Assembly: GCF_900232105.1 (NCBI RefSeq)
Contig: NZ_LT934425.1
Span: forward strand, 600,001 to 632,000
Source of the DNA: Candidatus Kuenenia stuttgartensis
GTDB lineage: Bacteria > Planctomycetota > Brocadiia > Brocadiales > Brocadiaceae
Length of the DNA: 32,000 nt
Direction: 5' to 3'
In this document: positions 9,511 through 18,070 of the stretch, in pieces
How positions within the stretch are numbered: position 1 is the stretch's first letter
Layout of the letters: the number at the start of each line of letters is the position of its first letter
Made by a program: the position numbers and the translations under genes
Notes under the pieces: generated by a model
What the model was told of the DNA's origin: nothing
Seen by the model: only the letters and a program-made list of their open reading frames with translations
The model's database searches: none

Positions 9511-10268
9511 CGCTACCTCCTTTAAATAAAATATGCAATGACATTGCTTTTTAAGCTTTCACCGCTTCGCACAATTCCTCTGTCTTTGCAAGTTGAGTAT
9601 GATATTGGGTCGCCTTTTTTTAGCCATCTTCAAAGGGAACTTACGGCATCCATATTGGTTTCTCTCCGCGTCTTTGAAAAGCAATTCGTAAATCACAATT
9701 ATCTTGCGCCGGTATATGATGTTTTACTGATAGCAAACAAAAGACCAAAAAGTCCATATCGGATTTACGATTCCATTGCTAACTGCCAAAGATATAAGAA
9801 GATAAATACAAATTTAAAATAAAATAATGATTCTCCATTATTTTGCCAAGCGCACTCTCTATAATACAAACTGCATAATGTATGCAGTAGTTTTAGCAGT
9901 ATATCCACAGGAGAAGGCCTGTTAAATAGTGGAGAATCAACATAAAAATAATATGGCATACAGACAAGATACACTTAAAAGAAATGGTTTTAGAAAAGTA
10001 TTCTTATGCAAAAATTGCGCGATTGTATACAATGCCACGAAGTGAATGTTATTACTATAACCCTGCATTTTGAAAAATGTATTGGAACGAATGGTATGCT
10101 GATATGTGTTGCTATTGGAAAATATTTCTTCTACAAAATACCTAAGTAAAGAAAGTCTTATTACTTAGGTTTACAATACTATAATTTGTGTAACAACAAA
10201 TTTTGTTCTTTTTTTAAACGCAATATTTGCGCAATTACGGATTTTTTCTGAATGAATTGTCACAATAA

Positions 10269-10330
10269 GACGAAATTCGAAATACGAAACAAATTCTAAT
10301 GATAAAATGATTTGAAATTCTAAACGAGGT
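10269..10330 (+). repeat. Dispersed AT-rich repeat (block E) ACGAAATTCGAAATACGAAACAAATTCTAATGATAAAATGATTTGAAATTCTAAAC
   Basis: Reverse-complement match to 16882-16938. Confidence 0.75.
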
Positions 10331-10732
10331 TGAAGCACGATCAAAAATCATTGTTGGAGATTTCGAAAGAGATTATGCGAAAAACTATCTGATGGTGTAT
10401 GTGAGGGAAACCCTGTTATTGCTATTTTCGACAAAAGGTGGGAATTCGAAGATACTGCAATTCGTATGTTTTTATCTGTATTAATTGATATAAACTGTGA
10501 TATAACATATCGCTAAAAGTATTGTAACAATCTCTGATAATTTATTTTTTGAAAAACCTCAATAAATTTTATGGAAAAGGGGGATGAAAACCTGGAATGA
10601 ACTGACGTAAATACTATGAAACATCACAAGGCGCTGTAAAATAGTATCCCACACGGAGCCTTACGTCTTGGCGCTTCCAATGTGATATACATCGTGTGGA
10701 ATTTAATTTCTAAAAATATTCAGAGGGAATAT

Positions 10733-10933
10733 ATGAGCAACTCAGAAAACGAACAGGAAGTACTTGTAGTTATATCAAAATTGAAAAACTATATCCGCTC
10801 AACCGCCGGAATGAATACGGCCGGCAATGTTGCGTCGAAGTTATCTGGCATCGTCCGCAACTTGTGCGACCAGGCAATTGAAAATGCTAAATCGGACGGA
10901 CGCAAAACGGTGATGGAAAAGGATTTTTCCTGA
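10733..10933 (+). CDS. Small histone-fold (archaeal/bacterial histone-like) protein, 66 aa
   Basis: MSNSENEQEVLVVISKLKNYIRSTAGMNTAGNVASKLSGIVRNLCDQAIENAKSDGRKTVMEKDFS. The 'A.xNAKxDGRKTVxxxDF' tail matches the histone-fold hallmark (HMfB: KLARHAGRKTIKAEDI). ATG at 10733 preceded by CAGAGGG ribosome-binding-like sequence; ORF-track start 10682 is upstream. Confidence 0.78.
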   Translation: MSNSENEQEVLVVISKLKNYIRSTAGMNTAGNVASKLSGIVRNLCDQAIENAKSDGRKTVMEKDFS

Positions 10934-11020
10934 ACGTCCGCCTGTTTTTAGAAAACAATTGGATGCGCTAATGATTATTATTTACAAAAATAAATAACCC
11001 TTGTGCCTCAGCAAAACATC

Positions 11021-11054
11021 TTAAGCGGGACGGCAATTAAGCCGTCCCGCTTAA
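11021..11054 (+). terminator. Perfect 14-bp-stem hairpin downstream of the histone-like gene
   Basis: TTAAGCGGGACGGC-AATTAA-GCCGTCCCGCTTAA; no following T-tract, so terminator function is inferred. Confidence 0.6.
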
Positions 11055-11120
11055 ACCTGTTGTTGCAATCTATGGCCTTGATGCTTATCCCATTTATCTT
11101 TTTGTCTCTTTCTTCATTCA

Positions 11121-11230
11121 CAGTCATCATGTTTCATTTGCAACACCCAGAAACGATGAAAATAGTTTTATAGCCATATAGTGTTGTAGTATATGTGCTT
11201 AAGCTATTTTTTGTAGTCTTACTTTCGAGC
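11121..11230 (+). repeat. About 110-bp direct repeat, copy 1
   Basis: CAGTCATCATGTTTCATTTGCAACACCCAGAAACGATGAAAATAGTTTTATAGCCATATAGTGTTGTAGTATATGTGCTTAAGCTATTTTTTGTAGTCTTACTTTCGAGC. Confidence 0.9.
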
Positions 11231-11713
11231 AAGGTAATTGTAATGGATAAATTATACTCCGCTTACATAATGACGAATAAAAATAATACCGTACTCTACT
11301 CTACACAGGGGTTACGAATAATCTTAAAAGAAGAGTATATGAGCATAGAGAGAAGAGGGTTGAGGGGTTTACAAAAAAGTATAACGTTACAAAACTTGTA
11401 ATCGCAAGGGTCCCCGCTTGTCATTGCGAGGGTCTTTTCCGAAGCAATCAGTATACTACGAGATATTTCGTGACGTAAGAAACGTCATATCGCGGGAGAA
11501 GCAAATTAAGGGTGGCTCAATGGCTAAAAAAATAGAATTAATTAATGAAATGAAGGAAGGAAGAATCTCTATGACGGTTTATGAGATTGCTTCGGAAAAG
11601 GCCCTCGCAATGACAAGCTGAGACCCTCACAATGACAAGCATGTGGTTTTGGTATGATGGATAGAGCATCGGATTTCTAATCCGCTTCCACTTGTAATGA
11701 CAAAATAAGTCAT

Positions 11714-11823
11714 CAGTTATCATGTTGCATTTGCAACACCCAGAAACGATGAAAATGGTTTTATAGCCATATCGTGTTGTAGTATCTGTACTTAAACTAT
11801 TTTTTGTAGTCTTATTTTCGAGC
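11714..11823 (+). repeat. About 110-bp direct repeat, copy 2
   Basis: CAGTTATCATGTTGCATTTGCAACACCCAGAAACGATGAAAATGGTTTTATAGCCATATCGTGTTGTAGTATCTGTACTTAAACTATTTTTTGTAGTCTTATTTTCGAGC; few mismatches to copy 1, no length change. Confidence 0.9.
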
Positions 11824-12060
11824 CAGTTTGGGTACGAGTTGTGCTTCGGTAGTCTAATAGATTACGCTTAATAGTCACAATCCATTAATATTATTTATTT
11901 GACTATAATTACAAAAAAGTTCGGGATAAATATTATATGGCATTGTAAAATATTAATGTAGAGACACATACAATGTGTCTCTACATTAATATTGAAATTC
12001 CTAAACTTTAAATTGTTACTATTTTTTTAACATAAAAAAGCAATTTCAGGCGGGTCATAG

Positions 12061-13428
12061 ATGAAAATTACATCAATAAATCCCTATACAGAAGAGATTA
12101 TCGAAGAGTTTGAACTGCTTACGGAAAATCAGTTGCATGTGGAAATAAAGAAATCCCGCGAAGCCTTCCTTAAATGGCGTAATGTAGAAATAACCGAAAA
12201 AACGAAACTCGTTCAAAATTTAGCCATGGAATTACGGAAGGAACAAAGGAGATATGCTGCCACCATCACAAGGGAGATGGGAAAATCTATTACAGAATCC
12301 ACGGCGGAGGTGGAAAAATGCGCGAAACTGTGTGAATATTACGCAGAAAATGCCGCGGAGTTTTTGAAGACAGAGTACATTCAAACCGGAGAAAAACAAT
12401 GCTACGTAAACTTTGAACCTTTGGGAATAGTGTTGGCAATAATGCCATGGAACTTTCCTTTCTGGCAGGTATTTCGCTGCGCCGTGCCTGCAATCGTCTC
12501 CGGAAACTCCTGTGTGCTGAAGCACGCCTCCAACGTTCCACGGTCTGCCCTTGAAATAGAAAGCATTTTTACCAATGCAGGGTTTCCGCTTAACGTATTT
12601 AAGACCGTATTGATCGACGCAGGATCCGCAATAAAACTCATTGATGGAGATAAGGTGGACGCAGTTTCCCTTACCGGCAGCAATAAAGCCGGAGAACAAA
12701 TCGGGGCAATCGCGGGGAAAAGGATCAAACCCATTGTCCTTGAACTCGGTGGTTCAGATCCGTTTATCGTACTGAAAGATGCGGATATTGAAAGAGCTGC
12801 GGAAACTGCGGCAAGGGCGCGGATGCTGAACGTCGGACAAAGCTGTATTGCGGCAAAGAGGTTTATTGTTATTGAAGCCGTCGCCGGACAGTTTATCAGC
12901 AGGTTTACGGAACATTTCCGGTCTTTAAAAATGGGAGACCCTATGGATGAGAATACAACGGTATGCCCCCTGGCGCGAAGGGATTTTGTGGAAGAATTGG
13001 AAGGTCTGTTAAACGACGCAAGACTAAAAGGCGGAAAGATTGTTTTTCCGGATGAACCAAGACCCCCAAAAGGGTTCTTTTTTACACCATGCATCGTGAC
13101 GAATGCAACCCGCGAGATGAGAATTGCCAGAGAGGAAGTATTCGGGCCAATTGCCCCTGTTTTAATAGTAGCAAATGAAGAAGAGGCTGTTTTGGTTGCA
13201 AATGATACGGAATATGGTTTGGGCGCATGCATCTGGAGCAGAGACGTTGATAAAGCGCAAAGGCTTGCAACGCTCATTCAGTCGGGTATTGTGGCAATCA
13301 ACGACATGGTAAAATCGGACCCCCGAATGCCGTTTGGAGGCATAAAGAAATCAGGGATCGGAAGGGAATTGTCCCATTATGGTATTAAAGCATTTGTCAA
13401 TATAAAAACTGTAGTGGTAAAAAATTAA
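12061..13428 (+). CDS. NAD(P)-dependent aldehyde dehydrogenase, succinate-semialdehyde dehydrogenase (YneI/Sad)-like
   Basis: 455 aa; IMPWNFPFWQVFR, LELGGSDPFIVLKDAD, catalytic Cys NVGQSCIAAKRF, EVFGPIAPV, PFGGIKKSGIGRELSHYG. Confidence 0.9.
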   Translation: MKITSINPYTEEIIEEFELLTENQLHVEIKKSREAFLKWRNVEITEKTKLVQNLAMELRKEQRRYAATITREMGKSITESTAEVEKCAKLCEYYAENAAEFLKTEYIQTGEKQCYVNFEPLGIVLAIMPWNFPFWQVFRCAVPAIVSGNSCVLKHASNVPRSALEIESIFTNAGFPLNVFKTVLIDAGSAIKLIDGDKVDAVSLTGSNKAGEQIGAIAGKRIKPIVLELGGSDPFIVLKDADIERAAETAARARMLNVGQSCIAAKRFIVIEAVAGQFISRFTEHFRSLKMGDPMDENTTVCPLARRDFVEELEGLLNDARLKGGKIVFPDEPRPPKGFFFTPCIVTNATREMRIAREEVFGPIAPVLIVANEEEAVLVANDTEYGLGACIWSRDVDKAQRLATLIQSGIVAINDMVKSDPRMPFGGIKKSGIGRELSHYGIKAFVNIKTVVVKN

Positions 13429-13429
13429 G

Positions 13430-15064
13430 ATGAAGGCATCTGATTTATTCGTTCACCAGTTGCTGGAAGAAGGCGTTGAATATATTTTTGGTTTGCCGGG
13501 TGAAGAAAATCTTGATTTCCTGGACTCCATTCGCAAGGCAAAGATAAAACTCTTTGTTACGCGACACGAGCAGGCGGCGGCTTTTATGGCGGCAACATAC
13601 GGAAGGCTTACCGGAAAAGCAGGGGTTTGTTTTTCAACCCTAGGGCCTGGCGCCACAAATATGGTCACCGGAGTCGCACACGCCCAGCTAATCGGCGCCC
13701 CATTAATCGCTATTACCGGACAAAAGGCGCTGGTAAATAACTGGCAGGCAAAATTTCAGGCAGTAGATATCGTCAGCCTAATGAAACCAATTACAAAACA
13801 AAGCGTGTCAATCATTGACCCAAACAACATTCCGACAATTGTAAGAGAATCATTCAAAATTGCAGAAGATGAAAGGCCGGGCGCCGTTCATGTTGAACTT
13901 CCCGAAGATGTGGCGTCTTCAAAGGCAAACGCCCCGACTCAAAAGAGGGGATTTATCAGAAGGCCATCCCCGGACCACCGCGCGATTGGTGCAGCAGCGG
14001 AACTTATTAATAAGGCAACACATCCTTTGATCATCCTTTCTTCCGGCGCAAACAGAAAACGAATCACAAAACATCTTCAGGACTTTATAAATAAGACGCA
14101 GATTTACGTAGTACACACACAAATGGGGAAAGGGGTAATCGGGGACGACTGTCCATACAGCCTGTTTGCCACAGGGATACACAAAAGGGATTACGTAAAT
14201 TGCGGCATCGATTTGGCTGATTTGATTATCACCATTGGATATAACACGGTTGAGTATCCTCCTTTTGTATGGAATAAAGACCTTCATAAGAAGATTGTAA
14301 ATATCGACTTTGTTGACGCACAAACGGATAAATATTTTAATCCGGATATTGAGGTAATCGGGGACATCTCCCATTCATTAAGAAAACTGGCGGTAAAGAT
14401 AGAGAAGAAAACCACTTTAGAATTCGAAAAACTCCGCAATTTTCTGGAAAAGAAACTGGAGGCAAAAGAAGAGGGAAAATATCCCTTTACTCCCATGGAA
14501 ATTGTGTACCACGTCAGAAAAACACTCGACAGGGAAGACATCGTCACGCTGGACAATGGCATTTACAAGCTATGGTTTTCGAGACTCTACAGAACGTATG
14601 CACCTGACACCCTGCTTCTTGACAATGCGCTTGCTACCATGGGCGCTGGATTGCCATCAGCGCTCACGGCAAAGCTGCTCAATCCCGGGAAAAAAGTGCT
14701 TGCGGTTGTTGGCGACGGCGGTTTCATGATGAATTCTCAGGAACTGGAAACGGCCGTCAGGTACAAAATACCGGTTGTGGTACTCATCGTAAATGATAAT
14801 GCCTTTGGTTTCATAAAATGGAAGCAAAAGAATATGAAGTTAAGGAATTTTGCCCTCGATTACAGCAACCCCGATTTTGTAAAGTACGCAGAGAGTTATG
14901 GCGCAAGCGGTTTTAAGATAAACAAAGGAGAACACCTTTCTGACGTACTACGCCAGGCTTTTTCCCTGAACAAACCGGCAGTCATTGAATGCCCCGTTGA
15001 CTATTCCGTAAATTACGACGTATTTTCACAGGAACTTCAAAATTGTGTGTGTGAATTGCTGTAA
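13430..15064 (+). CDS. Thiamine diphosphate-dependent enzyme, acetolactate synthase large-subunit-like; candidate 2-oxoglutarate decarboxylase
   Basis: 544 aa; GVEYIFGLPGEENLDFLDSIRKAKIKLFVTRHEQAAAFMAATYGRLTGKAGVCFSTLGPGATN, ThDP motif GDGGFMMNSQELETAVRYKIPVVVLIVNDN. Starts 1 nt after the upstream stop. Confidence 0.88.
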   Translation: MKASDLFVHQLLEEGVEYIFGLPGEENLDFLDSIRKAKIKLFVTRHEQAAAFMAATYGRLTGKAGVCFSTLGPGATNMVTGVAHAQLIGAPLIAITGQKALVNNWQAKFQAVDIVSLMKPITKQSVSIIDPNNIPTIVRESFKIAEDERPGAVHVELPEDVASSKANAPTQKRGFIRRPSPDHRAIGAAAELINKATHPLIILSSGANRKRITKHLQDFINKTQIYVVHTQMGKGVIGDDCPYSLFATGIHKRDYVNCGIDLADLIITIGYNTVEYPPFVWNKDLHKKIVNIDFVDAQTDKYFNPDIEVIGDISHSLRKLAVKIEKKTTLEFEKLRNFLEKKLEAKEEGKYPFTPMEIVYHVRKTLDREDIVTLDNGIYKLWFSRLYRTYAPDTLLLDNALATMGAGLPSALTAKLLNPGKKVLAVVGDGGFMMNSQELETAVRYKIPVVVLIVNDNAFGFIKWKQKNMKLRNFALDYSNPDFVKYAESYGASGFKINKGEHLSDVLRQAFSLNKPAVIECPVDYSVNYDVFSQELQNCVCELL

Positions 15065-15174
15065 TATTACCTGCTGCATAAAGCGCAGTCGGCAGTTCGG
15101 CAAATTGCAGAGTGTAGACTGTTGAGTGATTACTTTACCCATGAAATTTTTCAGGAAGGTGGGGGAAACGAAGA

Positions 15175-15830
15175 CTACTTAATAGGAATTTTCCTTACCT
15201 TAGAACGAAGCATAAATAAGCCCTGATGGTGAATTTGTGAAACCCGTGATTCTGAAATATCCAGCATTTGGCTGATTTCCCTCAGCATTAAGTCTTCGTA
15301 ATAATAGAGTGTTATTACCAATTTTTCACGAGCCGGCAATTCTTTAATCGCCGCAACTAAAAGTTCTTTTTCTTCCTCTGTCTCAATATTACTTAACGGG
15401 TCGCCTATTTTTGAGTCAGCAAATAGCATTCCTACCGCTTCTTTATTACCATCCTCCGACTTTGCATTCATTTCTTCGAGTGAAAGAAACATGCCGAAGT
15501 TAATTTCCACCAGTAATTTTTCCCACTCAGCAGTATCAATCTCTCCAAGTTCTGCCGCAATTTCTTCCGGGAGTGGATGCCTGTTTAATTTTTGTTCTAA
15601 TGTTGCATATGCCTCTCTCGCCAATGAGACCTTCTCACGAACGGAGCGCGGGCAGCCAATCTTGTGCCCTCAGGTGATCCAATATCGCTCCACGAATTCT
15701 TGAGACGGCAAATGTCCAAACTTCGTGTCCATGCAGGGGTCAAATCTCTCCGATGCTTCCAGCAAGCCAATAACACCGTATTCGAAAGATCCTCTTATCA
15801 CAAAAAGAAGGTAAATAAATAATAAATTTG
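15175..15830 (-). pseudogene. fliA: fliA (flagellar sigma-28) remnant, N-terminus lost and two compensating frameshifts
   Basis: C-terminal 149 aa is open (REAYATLEQKLNRHPLPEEIAAEL...LPAREKLVITLYYYEDLMLREISQMLDISESRVSQIHHQ). Upstream in other frames: GVIGLLEASERFDPCMDTKF, then TFAVSRIRGAILDHLRAQDWL, then PRSVREK. Confidence 0.85.
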
Positions 15831-16370
15831 TTTACTACATACTTTACCAGCGATAGATCTCTGTAACTAATTTTTCTCTGTCTATTAGATTTTTATTCTT
15901 GTAATTTGCTTTCCCTTCTTTTTTAACCATATACTTTTTTGTCCTAACATAGATTTTTATCCTCATTCGTAACCTAAGTCATGAATTTTGTTTTATTTAA
16001 AAGCAATTTTCGCAAACCATACAACCATCGAATCATCGTTTTTCAGATTCGATACTCTCCAGATTATAAAAATCAATACGGTATTATCTGCCCATGCCTC
16101 CATTTTTTCCTCTATTGCGTCAGTTTCTGCCTCATTTATCTGGGATTGTTCAGGCGCACTTCTGTATCTTCTTTTGCGTGTCAGTGGTAAATACGCTAAG
16201 TATGTATTTTAGGAAAAAATGGCTTATAATACCCGTATTCCCGCTATTATAATACTTCTGAGCGCCAGTGCAGGCAATGATACTTTTGAGTTCAGCCCGA
16301 GAAAGCAAGAGACAAAAAATACAAGTACTATGAGATATATTCGTGCCTGAGCAAATATTTGTTCCATAGG

Positions 16371-16729
16371 GAGCATTCCTGATTTTTTGTAACAGTTTAG
16401 ATTTTTGGAAAAACAAAAATGCTCGTTCCCAAGCTCCGGCTTGGAACGTAATTGCGTTGGAAGCTCTAGCTTCCATTTAGCCGGCAAGCGAAGCTTCGTG
16501 TATTATTCGATTCAAAAGAGGTTTCCAAATATCTTGGGTAACATACTGAAAGCCTCCAAGCTGACATCATGGGTTCATTCCCTTTTCCATTCGAAGCTGG
16601 AGCTTCTCAAACAATCCCGTTCCCAAGCCGGAGCTTGGGAACGAGCGGTTTTTTTCATAGGACTAAAGTATTACAATCTTTGTAAAAAAACAAAATGTGT
16701 GAAGATATACAAAAAATCGGGAATGCACC
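16371..16729. repeat. Complex inverted-repeat element with arms containing GCTCGTTCCCAAGCTCCGGCTTGG(G)AACG
   Basis: Left arm 16371-16448 (AGCATTCCTGATTTTTTGTAACA...GCTCGTTCCCAAGCTCCGGCTTGGAACG) is the imperfect reverse complement of right arm 16618-16729 (CGTTCCCAAGCCGGAGCTTGGGAACGAGC...ATACAAAAAATCGGGAATGC). Confidence 0.8.
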
Positions 16730-16881
16730 CGTTCCATATCACCAACGCTCCCCCGTTATTTTATTTAATCTATAATAGTACTTCCATATATAAAAAATAT
16801 GAAATACGAAACAAATCCGAATAACAAAGCATAAAATTCAAAACATACAACAATATGAAACATGAAATACGAGATACGAAA

Positions 16882-16938
16882 AAGGCTTGTTTAGAATTTC
16901 AAATCATTTAGTCATTAGAATTTGTTTCGTGTTTCATC
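16882..16938 (-). repeat. Block E repeat, inverted relative to 10269-10330
   Basis: Reverse complement reads GAAACACGAAACAAATTCTAATGACTAAATGATTTGAAATTCTAAACAAG. Confidence 0.75.
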
Positions 16939-16954
16939 ATTATCGTATTTCACC

Positions 16955-17001
16955 ATTAAATATTCTGCCAAAAAAATGCAAATAAATTACTGCTAAGGTA
17001 A
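16955..17001 (+). repeat. Block D dispersed repeat
   Basis: ATTAAATATTCTGCCAAAAAAATGCAAATAAATTACTGCTAAGGTAA. Confidence 0.85.
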
Positions 17002-17115
17002 TACATTGTCACAATGGTTATCCGTCAAATGCTGCACATTCGTAATTCTTCTGAAGTAATCTCCAACGCCAAGTGATTTGTTTGAATCACTATTCTTTAA
17101 AAGCGTGCAACCAAT

Positions 17116-17893
17116 TTATTTAAGGCAACTGGTTGCTTTTGTGTTAGGATAAAGAGCCGTAAAGGGTTTTTGCATACGCGTTGCAATGGAAACATTTTGA
17201 TCGTGAAGCATATAGCCGACGTATTCCAGTTTTACATCGAGAAACCTTTGCGATACCAGTGCTATTTTTTTCACCGTGGAATCGGCTTCATCCTTGCTAT
17301 CCGAATTATTTATAAACAACTTATCGTTGTATTTTTTCTTTTTCTCGAAAGAACCTTTATCATAGCATATGCATCTGTTATCGCCGTTGGCTCAGGTGTT
17401 GTAATAAGTAATATTTCATTTGACGCTAATACAAAATTCAATAAATCAGATGAAATACCGGCGCCTGTATCAACAATCACAATGTCCACTTCTTCATCTA
17501 ATCCACTGAAGCTTTTATATAATGTTCTTTCTGGTTTGCATTCAGATTCGCCATATCTTCAATGCCGGAGCTGGCGGGTACGATTTTTATCCCTTCAGGC
17601 CCTTCTACAATTATCTCTTTTACTTCTTTCCGTCCTTCAATGACGTCCTGCAAGGTATATTCTGGATGTATTCCCAATAAAATATCGATATTGGCAAGGC
17701 CCAGGTCAAGATCTATCAGCAAAACCTTTTTTTGTATTTCCTCATAATTATCGCAATGTTTGGGGCGATGTTTGTTTTCCCAACGCCGCCCTTGCCGTCG
17801 TAATCGCTATAGTTCTTACGGCAGAAAGGCCTGCCGCCGTATTTTGTTTATCACGTTGTGCAATGCCTCCACGGGTAAAACGTATTTACTGCT
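17116..17893 (-). pseudogene. flhG: flhG (MinD-like flagellar ATPase) remnant, frameshifted
   Basis: Frame fragments GKGGVGKTN (around 17800), LLIDLDLGLANIDILLGIHPEYTLQDVIEGRKEVKEIIVEGPEGIKIVPASSGIEDMANL (17498-17722), and MFINNSDSKDEADSTVKKIALVSQRFLDVKLEYVGYMLHDQNVSIATRMQKPFTALYPNTKATSCLK (17116-17319) lie in different frames. Confidence 0.82.
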
Positions 17894-17961
17894 ACAAATA
17901 AAAAATAGTTTTCACATTTATAAAAAATACGAAGCACGAAACACATTCCAAAATCCTCCTC

Positions 17962-17989
17962 CCTGCACCCCCGCTGACGGGGGTGCAGG
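17962..17989. repeat. GC-rich perfect hairpin (block B) CCTGCACCCCCG-CTGA-CGGGGGTGCAGG
   Basis: 12-bp perfect stem between the flhG and flhA remnants. Confidence 0.7.
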
Positions 17990-18000
17990 TGAGATTCATA

Positions 18001-18070
18001 TTTAGCATTTCGGATTTCAGCAGTAAATATTTTGCCAATAAATGTACAGAAATTACTGCTAATGTACTAA
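18001..18070 (+). repeat. Blocks C+D dispersed repeat, abutting the flhA stop codon
   Basis: TTTAGCATTTCGGATTTCAGCAGTAAATATTTTGCCAATAAATGTACAGAAATTACTGCTAATGTACTAA. Confidence 0.85.

Noticed and set aside
9538-9974. Small ORFs (94 aa plus, 69 aa minus) between the export gene and the histone-like gene
   Set aside because: AT-rich, no ribosome-binding support noticed and no recognisable motif; treated as non-coding.
11418-11723. Small ORFs in the direct-repeat spacer
   Set aside because: Largely translate a GTCATTGCGAGG/GAAGCAATC-type dispersed repeat; only a 30-aa start (MAKKIELINEMKEGRIS) looks gene-like, too short to call.
12232-14562. Long minus-strand ORFs (155, 291, 151 aa and others) opposite the aldehyde dehydrogenase and ThDP enzyme
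   Set aside because: Antisense to two proteins with full conserved catalytic motifs.
15083-15112. GCAGTCGGCAGTTCGGCAAATTGCAGA, also at 22091-22120 in reverse complement
   Set aside because: Short low-information dispersed repeat; noted but not enough copies or structure for its own claim.
10201-16371. CRISPR array or Druantia defence locus
   Set aside because: No regularly spaced short repeats and no DruB/C/D/E-like genes; the DruA-like domain here is part of a transposase.
16150-16824. ORFs of 108, 87 and 139 aa with 'GAWERA' peptides
   Set aside because: Peptides come from translating the CCGGCTTGGGAACG palindromic repeats.
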